Positions 47,050-55,861 of a stretch of DNA of 55,861 bases are shown one piece after another. The translations under genes were made by a program, and so were the position numbers. The notes below the pieces were generated by a model. It saw nothing but the letters and a program-made list of their open reading frames with translations. It searched no databases and had not been told where the DNA came from. Numbering within the stretch: the first letter of the stretch is position 1; the number at the start of each line of letters is the position of its first letter. Source of the DNA: an uncultured Methanosarcinales archaeon (GTDB lineage Archaea > Nanobdellota > Nanobdellia > Woesearchaeales > DSVV01); NCBI GenBank assembly GCA_964593285.1, contig CAZQHZ010000009.1, forward strand, positions 1-55,861, in the 5' to 3' direction.

Positions 47050-47203
47050 TAAAATAACCCCACATTTAATTTATAAAAATATATATTATTTAAGAAAAAA
47101 CGAAACAATTTAAATATTTTTCTATTGTAGAGTAGTTATGCTAAAAATTAATTAAAATAAAATTTATCAAAATATTTAAAAAATAATAAGTTTTACTTTT
47201 TTT

Positions 47204-47407
47204 ATGGAATGTAAAATAGATGAAAATAAATTAAATTACAATTGTAGCTATAATGATTGTAATAGAAAAGGTTTATGTTGCGATTGTCTAAATCACCATA
47301 TTTAAAAACGAGAACTACCTGCATGTTTTTTTCCAAAAGATATTGAAAAAACCTATAATAGAAGTTTTGAAAAATTTGCAGAACTTGTAAATGAAAAAAA
47401 GATATAA
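47204..47407 (+). pseudogene. DUF6485-like small Cys-rich protein with internal stop
   Basis: MECKIDENKLNYNCSYNDCNRKGLCCDCLNHHI*KRELPACFFPKDIEKTYNRSFEKFAELVNEKKI*; TAA at 47303-47305. Confidence 0.75.
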
Positions 47408-47424
47408 TTCACAAAATTAAAAAA

Positions 47425-47817
47425 ATGCAAAAAGAAATAATTATTGATACAAACAAAAAAGAAGAAATTATAGATATTACAAACTTAATTAATAAGAATA
47501 TAAATCTAAATAAAGGAATTATTCATATATTCACTACACATACAACAACAGCTTTAACAATTAATGAATCATCCGATCCAAATTTACCAATAGATTTAAC
47601 TAATTTTTTAAATAAATTAGTCCAAAAAAATATCTGGCTTCATGATAAAATAGATGGTAATACAGATTCACATATAAAAGCATCTTTAGTTGGAAATTCA
47701 GTTACAATTCCAATAAATAATAATAAAATGCTTCTTGGAACTTGGCAAAGGATTTTATTTTGTGAATTTGATGGCAAAAGAAAAAGAAAAATACTTATAA
47801 CTTCGATAAAAAATTAA
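47425..47817 (+). CDS. yjbQ: YjbQ/UPF0047 family protein
   Basis: HTTTALTINE, HD...N.DSHIKA, LGTWQ..EFDG. Confidence 0.92.
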   Translation: MQKEIIIDTNKKEEIIDITNLINKNINLNKGIIHIFTTHTTTALTINESSDPNLPIDLTNFLNKLVQKNIWLHDKIDGNTDSHIKASLVGNSVTIPINNNKMLLGTWQRILFCEFDGKRKRKILITSIKN

Positions 47818-47895
47818 TTTACTACAATTTAAATTAAAGTTTTAATTAAAACAAACCAACAAAATTTATAATATATTATTATTTTCTACTAATTT

Positions 47896-49497
47896 ATGGT
47901 TAAAGCACAAATTATTGGTGGTGATTTTTCTAAAATTATTGCAAGACAAAAATCTACTGAAAATTTAGAGATTGGAGAATTACTAATTAGTGAAATTGAA
48001 AATGAAAAAATAATTTTTCAAGTAATTGATTTAGGTTTTTCAAGCCAGATTTCAAAACAAAATTTAGAATTAATTTCAGGACTTGATTTAGAAGAAAACA
48101 CTGATTTAGAATTTTTTGATGAAAATGTTAGAAATTATAAATTGGCTGTTTTAAAAAGTATTTTAAGAATAAAAAAAGATGATGCAATCAATAGCAAAAT
48201 TTTACCAAACTTTTTTTCTAAATTACGAAGTGTTACAAAAGAAGATTTATTATTTTTAACAAAACCAGAAAACTCAATAAATTTTGGAAATTTAAGATCG
48301 GGTTCCAATAAAATTAATTTTGATGTATTTTTAGATGGATCAAAAATATTTAGTGAACATATTTTAGTTGCAGCAACAACAGGTAGAGGTAAAAGTAATT
48401 TAACAAAATGTGTTTTATTTGATGTCATAGACAAAAATTACTGTGGTGTTTTAATTTTAGATCCACACGATGAATATTATGGACGAAATTTTAAAGGTTT
48501 TAAAGATCATCCACTGGCAGAAGAAAAAATAATTTATTATACAATAAAAAATCCACCAAAAAATGCAAGAACATTAAAAATAAATTTAAGTTTTATTAAA
48601 CCAAATCATTTTGATGGTGTTGTTTATTTTAGTGATGCACAAAAAGATGCATTATATGGATATTATAAAAAATATAAAACAAAATGGATTGAAGCAATTA
48701 TTTTAGAAAAACCACTTGACCATAAATTTTTTGAAGCAACAATTAGTGTTGTTCGAAGAAAAATAATGAGTTTACTTGATTTAGATTATTCAAATAATTA
48801 TTTATCTTGTAATGGTATCTTTGATTTACAAGCAGGAAATACTACTATTACAGATATTGTTAATGAATTAGATAATTCAAAAAAAATCATTATTGACACA
48901 TCTGGTTTTTCTGGTGCTATTGAAATATTAATTGGTTCAATTATAACAACTGAAATATTAAATAAACACAAATACTATAAAAGAAAAGGAGAATTAAATG
49001 AAAAGCCAATTATTTCTATAGTTTTAGAAGAAGCACCAAGAGTTTTAGGAAAAGAAATATTAGAACAAGGACCAAATATTTTTTCAACTATTGCAAGAGA
49101 AGGTAGAAAATTTAAAGTAGGACTTTATGCAATAACACAACTTCCATCATTAATTCCAAGACAAATTTTAGCAAATATTAATACGAAAATAATACTAGGT
49201 ATTGAAATGAATCCTGAAAGACAAGCTATAATAGAATCGGCATCACAAGATTTAACTGAAGATTCAAAAATGATTGCAAGTTTAGATAAAGGAGAAGCAA
49301 TAATTAGCAGTAATTTCACAAAATTTGCAATGCCAATTAAAATACCATTGTTTAAAAATGTTTTGATAAAATACCAAAATGAATTTAATAAAAATAAATA
49401 TTTAAAAACAAATTCAAACGATTCAACTATATCTGATAATATAAATAAACAAAACAATATAAGAAAAGATTATAGTGGATTTAACATCACAAATTAA
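47896..49497 (+). CDS. herA: HerA helicase/ATPase
   Basis: HAS-barrel N-terminus, [33 protein letters not shown]; adjacent to mre11. Confidence 0.9.
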   Translation: MVKAQIIGGDFSKIIARQKSTENLEIGELLISEIENEKIIFQVIDLGFSSQISKQNLELISGLDLEENTDLEFFDENVRNYKLAVLKSILRIKKDDAINSKILPNFFSKLRSVTKEDLLFLTKPENSINFGNLRSGSNKINFDVFLDGSKIFSEHILVAATTGRGKSNLTKCVLFDVIDKNYCGVLILDPHDEYYGRNFKGFKDHPLAEEKIIYYTIKNPPKNARTLKINLSFIKPNHFDGVVYFSDAQKDALYGYYKKYKTKWIEAIILEKPLDHKFFEATISVVRRKIMSLLDLDYSNNYLSCNGIFDLQAGNTTITDIVNELDNSKKIIIDTSGFSGAIEILIGSIITTEILNKHKYYKRKGELNEKPIISIVLEEAPRVLGKEILEQGPNIFSTIAREGRKFKVGLYAITQLPSLIPRQILANINTKIILGIEMNPERQAIIESASQDLTEDSKMIASLDKGEAIISSNFTKFAMPIKIPLFKNVLIKYQNEFNKNKYLKTNSNDSTISDNINKQNNIRKDYSGFNITN

Positions 49498-49506
49498 AAT
49501 ATTAAA

Positions 49507-50724
49507 ATGAAATTTAGTCATCTAGCAGATTGTCACATCGGTTCATTTAAAGAACCTAAATTATCTAAATTATCAACAAATGCATTCTTAACAGCAATAG
49601 ATTTAAGCATTAAAAAAGATGTAGATTTCATACTAATTTCAGGTGATTTATTTAACACAGCACTTCCACAAATTGATAAACTAAAATCTGTTGTATTAAA
49701 ATTAAAAGAATTAAAAGATAATCAAATTCCAGTTTACATCGTTGCTGGAAGTCATGATTTCTCTTCAACCGGAAAAACCATGCTTGATGTATTAGAAGCT
49801 GCAGGACTAGTAATCAATGTAACACGTGGAAAAATAAAAAATGAAAAATTATTTTTAGATTTTACAATTGATAGTAAAACAGGTGCAAAAATTACTGGAA
49901 TGCTTGGTAGGAAAGGAACACTTGAAAAAAATTATTACAAAGATTTAGACTTAACTAATCTTGAAACACAAGATGGTTTTAAAATATTTATGTTTCATTC
50001 AGCAATTAGTGAATTAAAACCTAAATATTTAGAACTAATGGACTCAATAGCTTTATCTAACTTACCAAAAAATTTTAATTATTATGCAGGTGGCCATGTT
50101 CATGAAGTTATAGAATATAGTGATTCTAATTATAAAAATGTTATTTTTCCAGGGCCAATATTTCCAAATAATTTTAAAGAAATTGAAAAATTAAACCATG
50201 GTGGTTTTTATATATATGATGATGGTAAAATAACTTTTGAAAAAATTATTTTGCATGATGTAATTAGTATTAATTTAAATTGTGAAAATCTAACCCCAAA
50301 AGAAATTAATTTGAAATTAAATGCATATATTGATGAAAATAAAAAAAAATTTTATGAAAAAATTATTACTATGAGGCTTTTTGGTAAAATAAATGGTGGA
50401 AAAATTTATGAAATTAATTTAAATGAAGTGATTGATAGATTTTATGAATATGGTGCATATTTTGTGATGAAAAATGCATCAATGTTAGTAACTATTGATT
50501 TTCAAGAAATTAAAACTAAGGAAGAGAGTATAAGTGAAATTGAAGATAAAACAATAAAAGAACATTTAACTCAAATACCAATAAATACAACAAATGAATT
50601 TGATTTTACAAAAAAATTAATGGATGTTTTTTCTATTGAAGAAAATGAAGATGAAAAAAAATCTGATTTTGAATCTCGAATTAAAGAAGAAGCAGATCTT
50701 TTAATTAAAAATTTACTAAAATAA
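49507..50724 (+). CDS. mre11: Mre11/SbcD DNA repair nuclease
   Basis: ADCHIG, SGDLF, AGSHD, FH, GGHVH metallophosphoesterase motifs. Confidence 0.9.
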   Translation: MKFSHLADCHIGSFKEPKLSKLSTNAFLTAIDLSIKKDVDFILISGDLFNTALPQIDKLKSVVLKLKELKDNQIPVYIVAGSHDFSSTGKTMLDVLEAAGLVINVTRGKIKNEKLFLDFTIDSKTGAKITGMLGRKGTLEKNYYKDLDLTNLETQDGFKIFMFHSAISELKPKYLELMDSIALSNLPKNFNYYAGGHVHEVIEYSDSNYKNVIFPGPIFPNNFKEIEKLNHGGFYIYDDGKITFEKIILHDVISINLNCENLTPKEINLKLNAYIDENKKKFYEKIITMRLFGKINGGKIYEINLNEVIDRFYEYGAYFVMKNASMLVTIDFQEIKTKEESISEIEDKTIKEHLTQIPINTTNEFDFTKKLMDVFSIEENEDEKKSDFESRIKEEADLLIKNLLK

Positions 50725-50763
50725 AAATTACAATATATTCCTTTTTTTAAAAAAATTAAAAAT

Positions 50764-52221
50764 TTATTTTTTAATTAATTTTAAAATTAAATCTTTTACT
50801 TCCTTTGGAGAAGCTCTACCTTTTGATTTTTTCATAACAATTCCAACAATAAAATTTAATGATTTTTCATTTCCAGATAAATAATCATCAACCGCATTTT
50901 TAGATTCTTTTATTGCACTAACGCAGTATTCTTCAATTAATGAACTATCATTTACTAATTCTAAATTTTTTTCTCTAACATATTCAATTACATTAAAATC
51001 CTTAATTACTAATTCTTCTAATATTTTTTGTGCAACATTTTCAGTAATTTTTTTATTTTCAACTAAATTTAATAAATCTGTTAAATTTTGTATATTTATT
51101 TTTAAATCTTCAAATTCTATTTTATTATAATTCATCACTCTAACTAATTCTCGTCTAAGCCATTTTGCTGCAAGGATTGGATTTACTTTTTTTATTACTT
51201 TTTCAAAAATACTAGCAAGTTCATATGTTTGTGCAATAACTTTTGAATCTGTTTCATTTAATTTATAATCATTAATATAACGTTTTGTCTTATTTGTTGC
51301 AAGCTCTGGTAAATTTTCTTTAATTTTTTTAATCATCTCTTCTGTAATATTTATTGAAACTAAATCTGGATCAATAATATAACCATAATCATCTTCAGTT
51401 TCTTTTACTCTTATTCTTTTTGTTATTTGAAGTTTAGAGTCCCAATTTCTAGTTTCCTGAATTAATTGTTTTCCTTCTTTTAAATCTTGTTTTTGTCTTT
51501 TTATTTCATACTCAATTGCTTTTTGTATCTCTTTAAATCCGGTTATATTCTTTACTTCCGCTCTAACATAATTAGATTCTTTAATAGAAATATTAGCATC
51601 TGCTTTAATTATACAAGTTTTTGGGTCATAAATTTTTAAATATTTTAAAATACTAATTAAATTTTTCATAAACTCTCGTGCCTGATTTGCACTTTTAATT
51701 TCAGGATTAGTTACAATTTCACATAAACAATTACCACTTCTATTATAATCAATTAAAACATAATTACTAGAATGCATACCATTTGGATGAACTAGTGATG
51801 CTGGATCTTCTTCAATATGTATTCTTGTTAAATTTATTTTTTCTCCATCACTTAATTCAATAAAACCATTTAATCCAAGTGGTTCTTCAAATTGACTAAT
51901 TTGATAGTTCTTTGCCATATCAGGATAAAAATAAGATTTTCTTGAAAAAATCAATTTATTTGTAACATTACAATTCAATGCAAGTGCTAATTTTAAACTA
52001 TATTCTAATGCTTTTTTATTCAACTTTGGTTTGCAACCAGGTTGACCCAAACATATTTCACAAACTCTTGTATTTGGTAATTCATCTTCATTTACAATTC
52101 TCGTGCATCCACAAAATAATTTTGTATTGGTATTTAATTCAACATGTATTTCAAGTCCAATTACTATATCTGAATTAAAATTCATTTTTTTTTCATTACT
52201 TTTTTCATCACTCATTTTCAA
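50764..52221 (-). CDS. gatB: Asp/Glu-tRNA amidotransferase subunit B
   Basis: IGLEIHVEL, RKSYFYPD, HIEED, DYNRSG, QETR; start may be the second Met at 52215. Confidence 0.97.
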   Translation of the reverse strand: MKMSDEKSNEKKMNFNSDIVIGLEIHVELNTNTKLFCGCTRIVNEDELPNTRVCEICLGQPGCKPKLNKKALEYSLKLALALNCNVTNKLIFSRKSYFYPDMAKNYQISQFEEPLGLNGFIELSDGEKINLTRIHIEEDPASLVHPNGMHSSNYVLIDYNRSGNCLCEIVTNPEIKSANQAREFMKNLISILKYLKIYDPKTCIIKADANISIKESNYVRAEVKNITGFKEIQKAIEYEIKRQKQDLKEGKQLIQETRNWDSKLQITKRIRVKETEDDYGYIIDPDLVSINITEEMIKKIKENLPELATNKTKRYINDYKLNETDSKVIAQTYELASIFEKVIKKVNPILAAKWLRRELVRVMNYNKIEFEDLKINIQNLTDLLNLVENKKITENVAQKILEELVIKDFNVIEYVREKNLELVNDSSLIEEYCVSAIKESKNAVDDYLSGNEKSLNFIVGIVMKKSKGRASPKEVKDLILKLIKK

Positions 52222-53629
52222 TAAATTCTTTAGATAATTGTATTAATTTTCCTTCATCAAAATGATTTGCTATACCCAAAAGGCCAATTGGCATTTTATT
52301 TTTATCATAGCCAACATTCATACTCATATGTGGAAGTCCAGAAATATTTGGACCAACTAACATTATATCCGCCATATAATGCTCAATTGGTTTCATTTTT
52401 TTAATATCTTCAAATTTTGGAGAAGTATATGGAACAACAGGGCTTACTAATAAATCAAAATCATTAAATTGTTTTTTATATTCCTCAATTATTAAAGTTC
52501 TAACCTTTGCAGCTTTTATATAATATGCATCTCTAAATCCAGACATTCGAGTAAAAGTTCCAAGAATTATTCGTCGTTTTACTTCATCACCAAAATTATT
52601 AGATCTAACCTTTGTAAAATATTCATTAAAATTACCTTCTAATTTTTCTTGCATTCCATAACGTAAACCACAATATTTTGCAAGATTGGTTGATGCTTCT
52701 GAAGTTGAAATTAAATAATATGCTGATAATCCATATTTTAATGTAAATGGAAGTGAAACTTCTCTGCAAATTGCACCTCTCTCTTTTAATTTTTCTATCG
52801 CATTTAAGCAATTTTCTTTCACTTCATCATTTATATTTTCAAAACATTCACTAATAATTCCAATTTTCATTCCTTTAATATCTTTATCTAAATAAGATGA
52901 GTAATCATCAACTTTTTCTCTTGAGCTAGTTGAATCCATATCATCATATCCTGAAATTATTTTTAACATTAATGCAATATCTTTTGGTTTTTTACTCATT
53001 ATTCCAATTTTATCAAGTGAATTTCCATAATCAATTAAACCATATCTTGAAATCCTACCATATGTAGGACACAATGCAAAAATACCGCAAAACGACCCAG
53101 GAGATGCAACGCTTCCTCCTGTTGATTCTCCAAGAGCAATATGTGAAAATTCTGCTTTTTTAGTAATACCAGCAGCACCACCGCTACTTCCACCACAGCT
53201 TCTCTCTCTATCAATTGGATTTAATGGCACATTAAAATCTTTCCCAACATTAACGCTAAATCCACCAAATCCAAATTCATCTTGAGCAGTTGTTCCAATA
53301 ATTATTCCACCTTCATCTTTAATTCGTTTAACTACAGTTGAATCAAATTGAGGTATATAATTAGTTAAAATTTTACTTCCAGCTCGAGTTAAAATTCCTT
53401 TAGCACAAATTGCATCTTTAATTGATACACTAACTCCAAGTAGTTTTTTATTCTTTTTATCCTGTAATTTAAGTTCTTTTGCTTGTTTTATTGCATCATC
53501 TTTTGCAATTGTATTAAAAAAATTATATTCTTCATTTATTTTTTCAATATCATTAATTACATTTTTTGTATGTTCAACTATATCAATTTCATTATTTTCA
53601 ATTTTTTTAATAAAATCATCAATTTCCAT
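52208..53629 (-). CDS. gatA: Asp/Glu-tRNA amidotransferase subunit A
   Basis: IKD, GGSSGG, ESTGGS, EVKRRIILG; start placed at MEIDD (53629), just after the gatC stop. Confidence 0.95.
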   Translation of the reverse strand: MEIDDFIKKIENNEIDIVEHTKNVINDIEKINEEYNFFNTIAKDDAIKQAKELKLQDKKNKKLLGVSVSIKDAICAKGILTRAGSKILTNYIPQFDSTVVKRIKDEGGIIIGTTAQDEFGFGGFSVNVGKDFNVPLNPIDRERSCGGSSGGAAGITKKAEFSHIALGESTGGSVASPGSFCGIFALCPTYGRISRYGLIDYGNSLDKIGIMSKKPKDIALMLKIISGYDDMDSTSSREKVDDYSSYLDKDIKGMKIGIISECFENINDEVKENCLNAIEKLKERGAICREVSLPFTLKYGLSAYYLISTSEASTNLAKYCGLRYGMQEKLEGNFNEYFTKVRSNNFGDEVKRRIILGTFTRMSGFRDAYYIKAAKVRTLIIEEYKKQFNDFDLLVSPVVPYTSPKFEDIKKMKPIEHYMADIMLVGPNISGLPHMSMNVGYDKNKMPIGLLGIANHFDEGKLIQLSKEFIENE

Positions 53630-53630
53630 T

Positions 53631-53921
53631 TTATATTGCTTTTGGACCTTTAAAATATCCATCCTTTATATGACTCTTTTTAGAATTTTTTAAAGCTTGC
53701 TCTTGTGTGAATGAATTTTTAATAATATCTTCTCTAAGTTCATCTTCTAATTTAATTGGATGAAAACTAGGTTTAACATTTTTAGTATCAACTTCATTAA
53801 TAATTTCAAAATTATTTAGAATTTCTTTAATTTCAACTGTAAATTTTTTTATCTCTTCATCTGTTAATTCTAATTTAGCTAAATTTGCAACATGATTTAT
53901 TAATTTATTATCAACTTCCAT
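53631..53921 (-). CDS. gatC: Asp/Glu-tRNA amidotransferase subunit C
   Basis: HVANLAKLEL, LRED, GYFKGPK; synteny with gatAB. Confidence 0.95.
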   Translation of the reverse strand: MEVDNKLINHVANLAKLELTDEEIKKFTVEIKEILNNFEIINEVDTKNVKPSFHPIKLEDELREDIIKNSFTQEQALKNSKKSHIKDGYFKGPKAI

Positions 53922-54072
53922 AAAATTTTAAATTTTTAATTTATATAAATAATTTATGATTATTTTAGCAAAACAAAAAATTATTATTTTCACAGCATAT
54001 GATAATATTTAAAAAATAAAAAATAAATATAATTTAATAGTTAATCATAAATAAATTAATAAAAAAAAACAA

Positions 54073-54897
54073 TTATTTATTTTTTAATTTTACTGTTTCT
54101 TCTAAATCTTCACAATTCCATACATGTTCAAACATATTTTGTATAGATTTTGCAAAAAAATCAGTATTAACCCAAATTGCAGAATCATAATCTGCAGAAA
54201 TTTTACTATCATCAAGCAAACTAAAAACTGTTTTTTTACCATCAACAATCAATATTCTAGAATTTACATCATTTACATTTTTAATGCTTGCAATATTTTT
54301 TAAAGTACTTTCAGCATCTTTTGTTTTCTCATTAAGCGGTGCTGCAATTTTTATTTCAACACCTTTCTTACTAGCTTTCATCAACGCTTTTTTTAATGAT
54401 TTTGATTTTCTAATTAGACCATTTGATGTAGTCATTATTATTATAGATTCTTTTGCATCTTTAATTAACATATTTAAATTATTATAATAACTTGTTCTAT
54501 CTTTAAGTGAACCAGAAATATCACTTGGCTCAACTAATTCAATCCCATGATTATAAAGCATATTTAACTCATTTAATAACATATCATTCTTTAACTCATT
54601 AATTGCATCGATTTTATCGTTTGCTTCTCTTGAATAATTATTTTTTACTCTCTCAATTACTTCCTCAGGCGATACTGCAATATATTTAATTGGTTTTCCA
54701 ACCCTCATTACAATAAAGCCTTTTCTTTCAAGACTTTCCAAAACATCATATGCTCTAGATCTTGGAACATTAGCAATATCTGATAATTCACCTGCTGTAG
54801 AAATCCCACGAGATAGTAATGCAGCCCAAATTTTTGCTTCATAACTATTAATATTAAAAGCTTTTAATTTATTTAAAAATTTTGTTTCAAATATCAT
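54073..54897 (-). CDS. TrmB-family transcriptional regulator
   Basis: YEAKIWAALL, TAGELS..VPRSRAYDVLESLERKG wHTH; C-terminal PLD-like effector domain. Confidence 0.92.
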   Translation of the reverse strand: MIFETKFLNKLKAFNINSYEAKIWAALLSRGISTAGELSDIANVPRSRAYDVLESLERKGFIVMRVGKPIKYIAVSPEEVIERVKNNYSREANDKIDAINELKNDMLLNELNMLYNHGIELVEPSDISGSLKDRTSYYNNLNMLIKDAKESIIIMTTSNGLIRKSKSLKKALMKASKKGVEIKIAAPLNEKTKDAESTLKNIASIKNVNDVNSRILIVDGKKTVFSLLDDSKISADYDSAIWVNTDFFAKSIQNMFEHVWNCEDLEETVKLKNK

Positions 54898-55033
54898 TTT
54901 TTAGTACCTTTTTTAACTTTTTTTCATTTAATATAATTTATAAATATACAAAATTTAACTAAATTTTAGAATAACATACTAATATTTAAAGGTTTCTTTT
55001 TTTTATTTACTCAAAAGTAGTACTATTTCAAAC

Positions 55034-55735
55034 TTAATAGGCAAACAAATAACTTTTATCATATTTTTGATAAATATTTAAAATTTCACCAAACTTACAA
55101 TTCATGCAAGTTGCATCTAAATTAATCCATCCATCATCAAGATATTTCTTTTTAGCATCTTCTACATAAATTTGTATATAAACATGTTTTGGTACAAAAA
55201 CAAAACGTACAGGAATACCAATAGCTAACATTTTAGAGGCAAGTAATACTGCAAAATCATCACAATCACCACCGCCACTTAAAACCATTTCTTTTGGTGT
55301 TTGTATATATTCATCCGTTTCAGAAACATATTTAAAACTATCACGTACAAAATAATAAATGGCTTTCGCTTGGCATATTTTTTCATCATCACATGAATCA
55401 GTTGCAATTTTAGTTGAACTAAGTTTTATCTCATACGATAAATAATCTACATAATTAACAATACTTCCATTTGTTGGCCTATTTATATCTTCAACTGAAA
55501 TATTACTATAAAATTTAGCATAAATTTCATTTTTTGTTGGAATATTTTTTGGATTTGAATCAAATTTTAAAGAATAAAATGGCAAAACCATCAAAATTAA
55601 CAACAAAATAATAAATAATGTTAAAAAAGTTTTTAAAATAAAATAATTGTTTGTTTTTTGTTCGTCTTGTTCTTCTTTTTCTTCATCTAAAATTACTTCA
55701 TCTAAAATTTCATCATGGATTTTTTCCTTTTTCAT
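55034..55735 (-). CDS. Membrane-anchored transglutaminase-like cysteine protease
   Basis: GDCDD, HVY, WINLDAT catalytic triad; N-terminal TM. Confidence 0.88.
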   Translation of the reverse strand: MKKEKIHDEILDEVILDEEKEEQDEQKTNNYFILKTFLTLFIILLLILMVLPFYSLKFDSNPKNIPTKNEIYAKFYSNISVEDINRPTNGSIVNYVDYLSYEIKLSSTKIATDSCDDEKICQAKAIYYFVRDSFKYVSETDEYIQTPKEMVLSGGGDCDDFAVLLASKMLAIGIPVRFVFVPKHVYIQIYVEDAKKKYLDDGWINLDATCMNCKFGEILNIYQKYDKSYLFAY

Positions 55736-55861
55736 TTTTTTTAAACAATTTAATAAATCTAATTAAAATATAAATATTGTAAAATTATATACATTAGTAA
55801 ATTTATAAACAAAAAATTTATAAAATTCAATATTTTAAAAAATTTATGTTTGATTTTAATA

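Noticed and set aside
47896..49497. HerA-based anti-phage system
   Set aside because: The partner is Mre11, which fits DNA-end resection; no Sir2 or other defence effector is adjacent.

Overview
Very AT-rich archaeal scaffold, most consistent with a DPANN lineage such as Woesearchaeales. That assignment is inferred from Rpp21, NMD3, Dph6, HerA-Mre11, TrmB, an archaellin and GGTG/GGAGG-type SD sites. There is one 100-N gap at 17302-17401. Left part: TraB, CBS and PLD genes, a ~7 kb two-component cluster (REC, HTH-REC-degenerate GGDEF, HAMP-PAS kinase with a Cys-rich tail, REC, and a PAS-PAS-3xGAF kinase broken by in-frame stops), an AsnB-Dph6 fusion, NMD3, patatin, DUF460, Rpp21, a bacterial-type LeuRS, enolase and a UbiA-like protein. 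Centre: a co-oriented minus-strand cell-surface locus of DsbA-like protein, enlarged archaellin, catalytically dead tyrosine-recombinase domain, a 6581-aa mosaic secreted protein and a Cys-repeat lipoprotein. Right part: DUF6485-like pseudogene, YjbQ, HerA, Mre11, gatCAB, TrmB and a transglutaminase-like protein. The main new observations are (1) two copies of an unannotated MITE with GTAA-starting TIRs and 8-bp target-site duplications (14169-14390; 45768-45947), (2) the dead recombinase coupled to the giant surface protein, and (3) several small ORFs and pseudogenes missing from the ORF track. No CRISPR array, rRNA or tRNA was seen.
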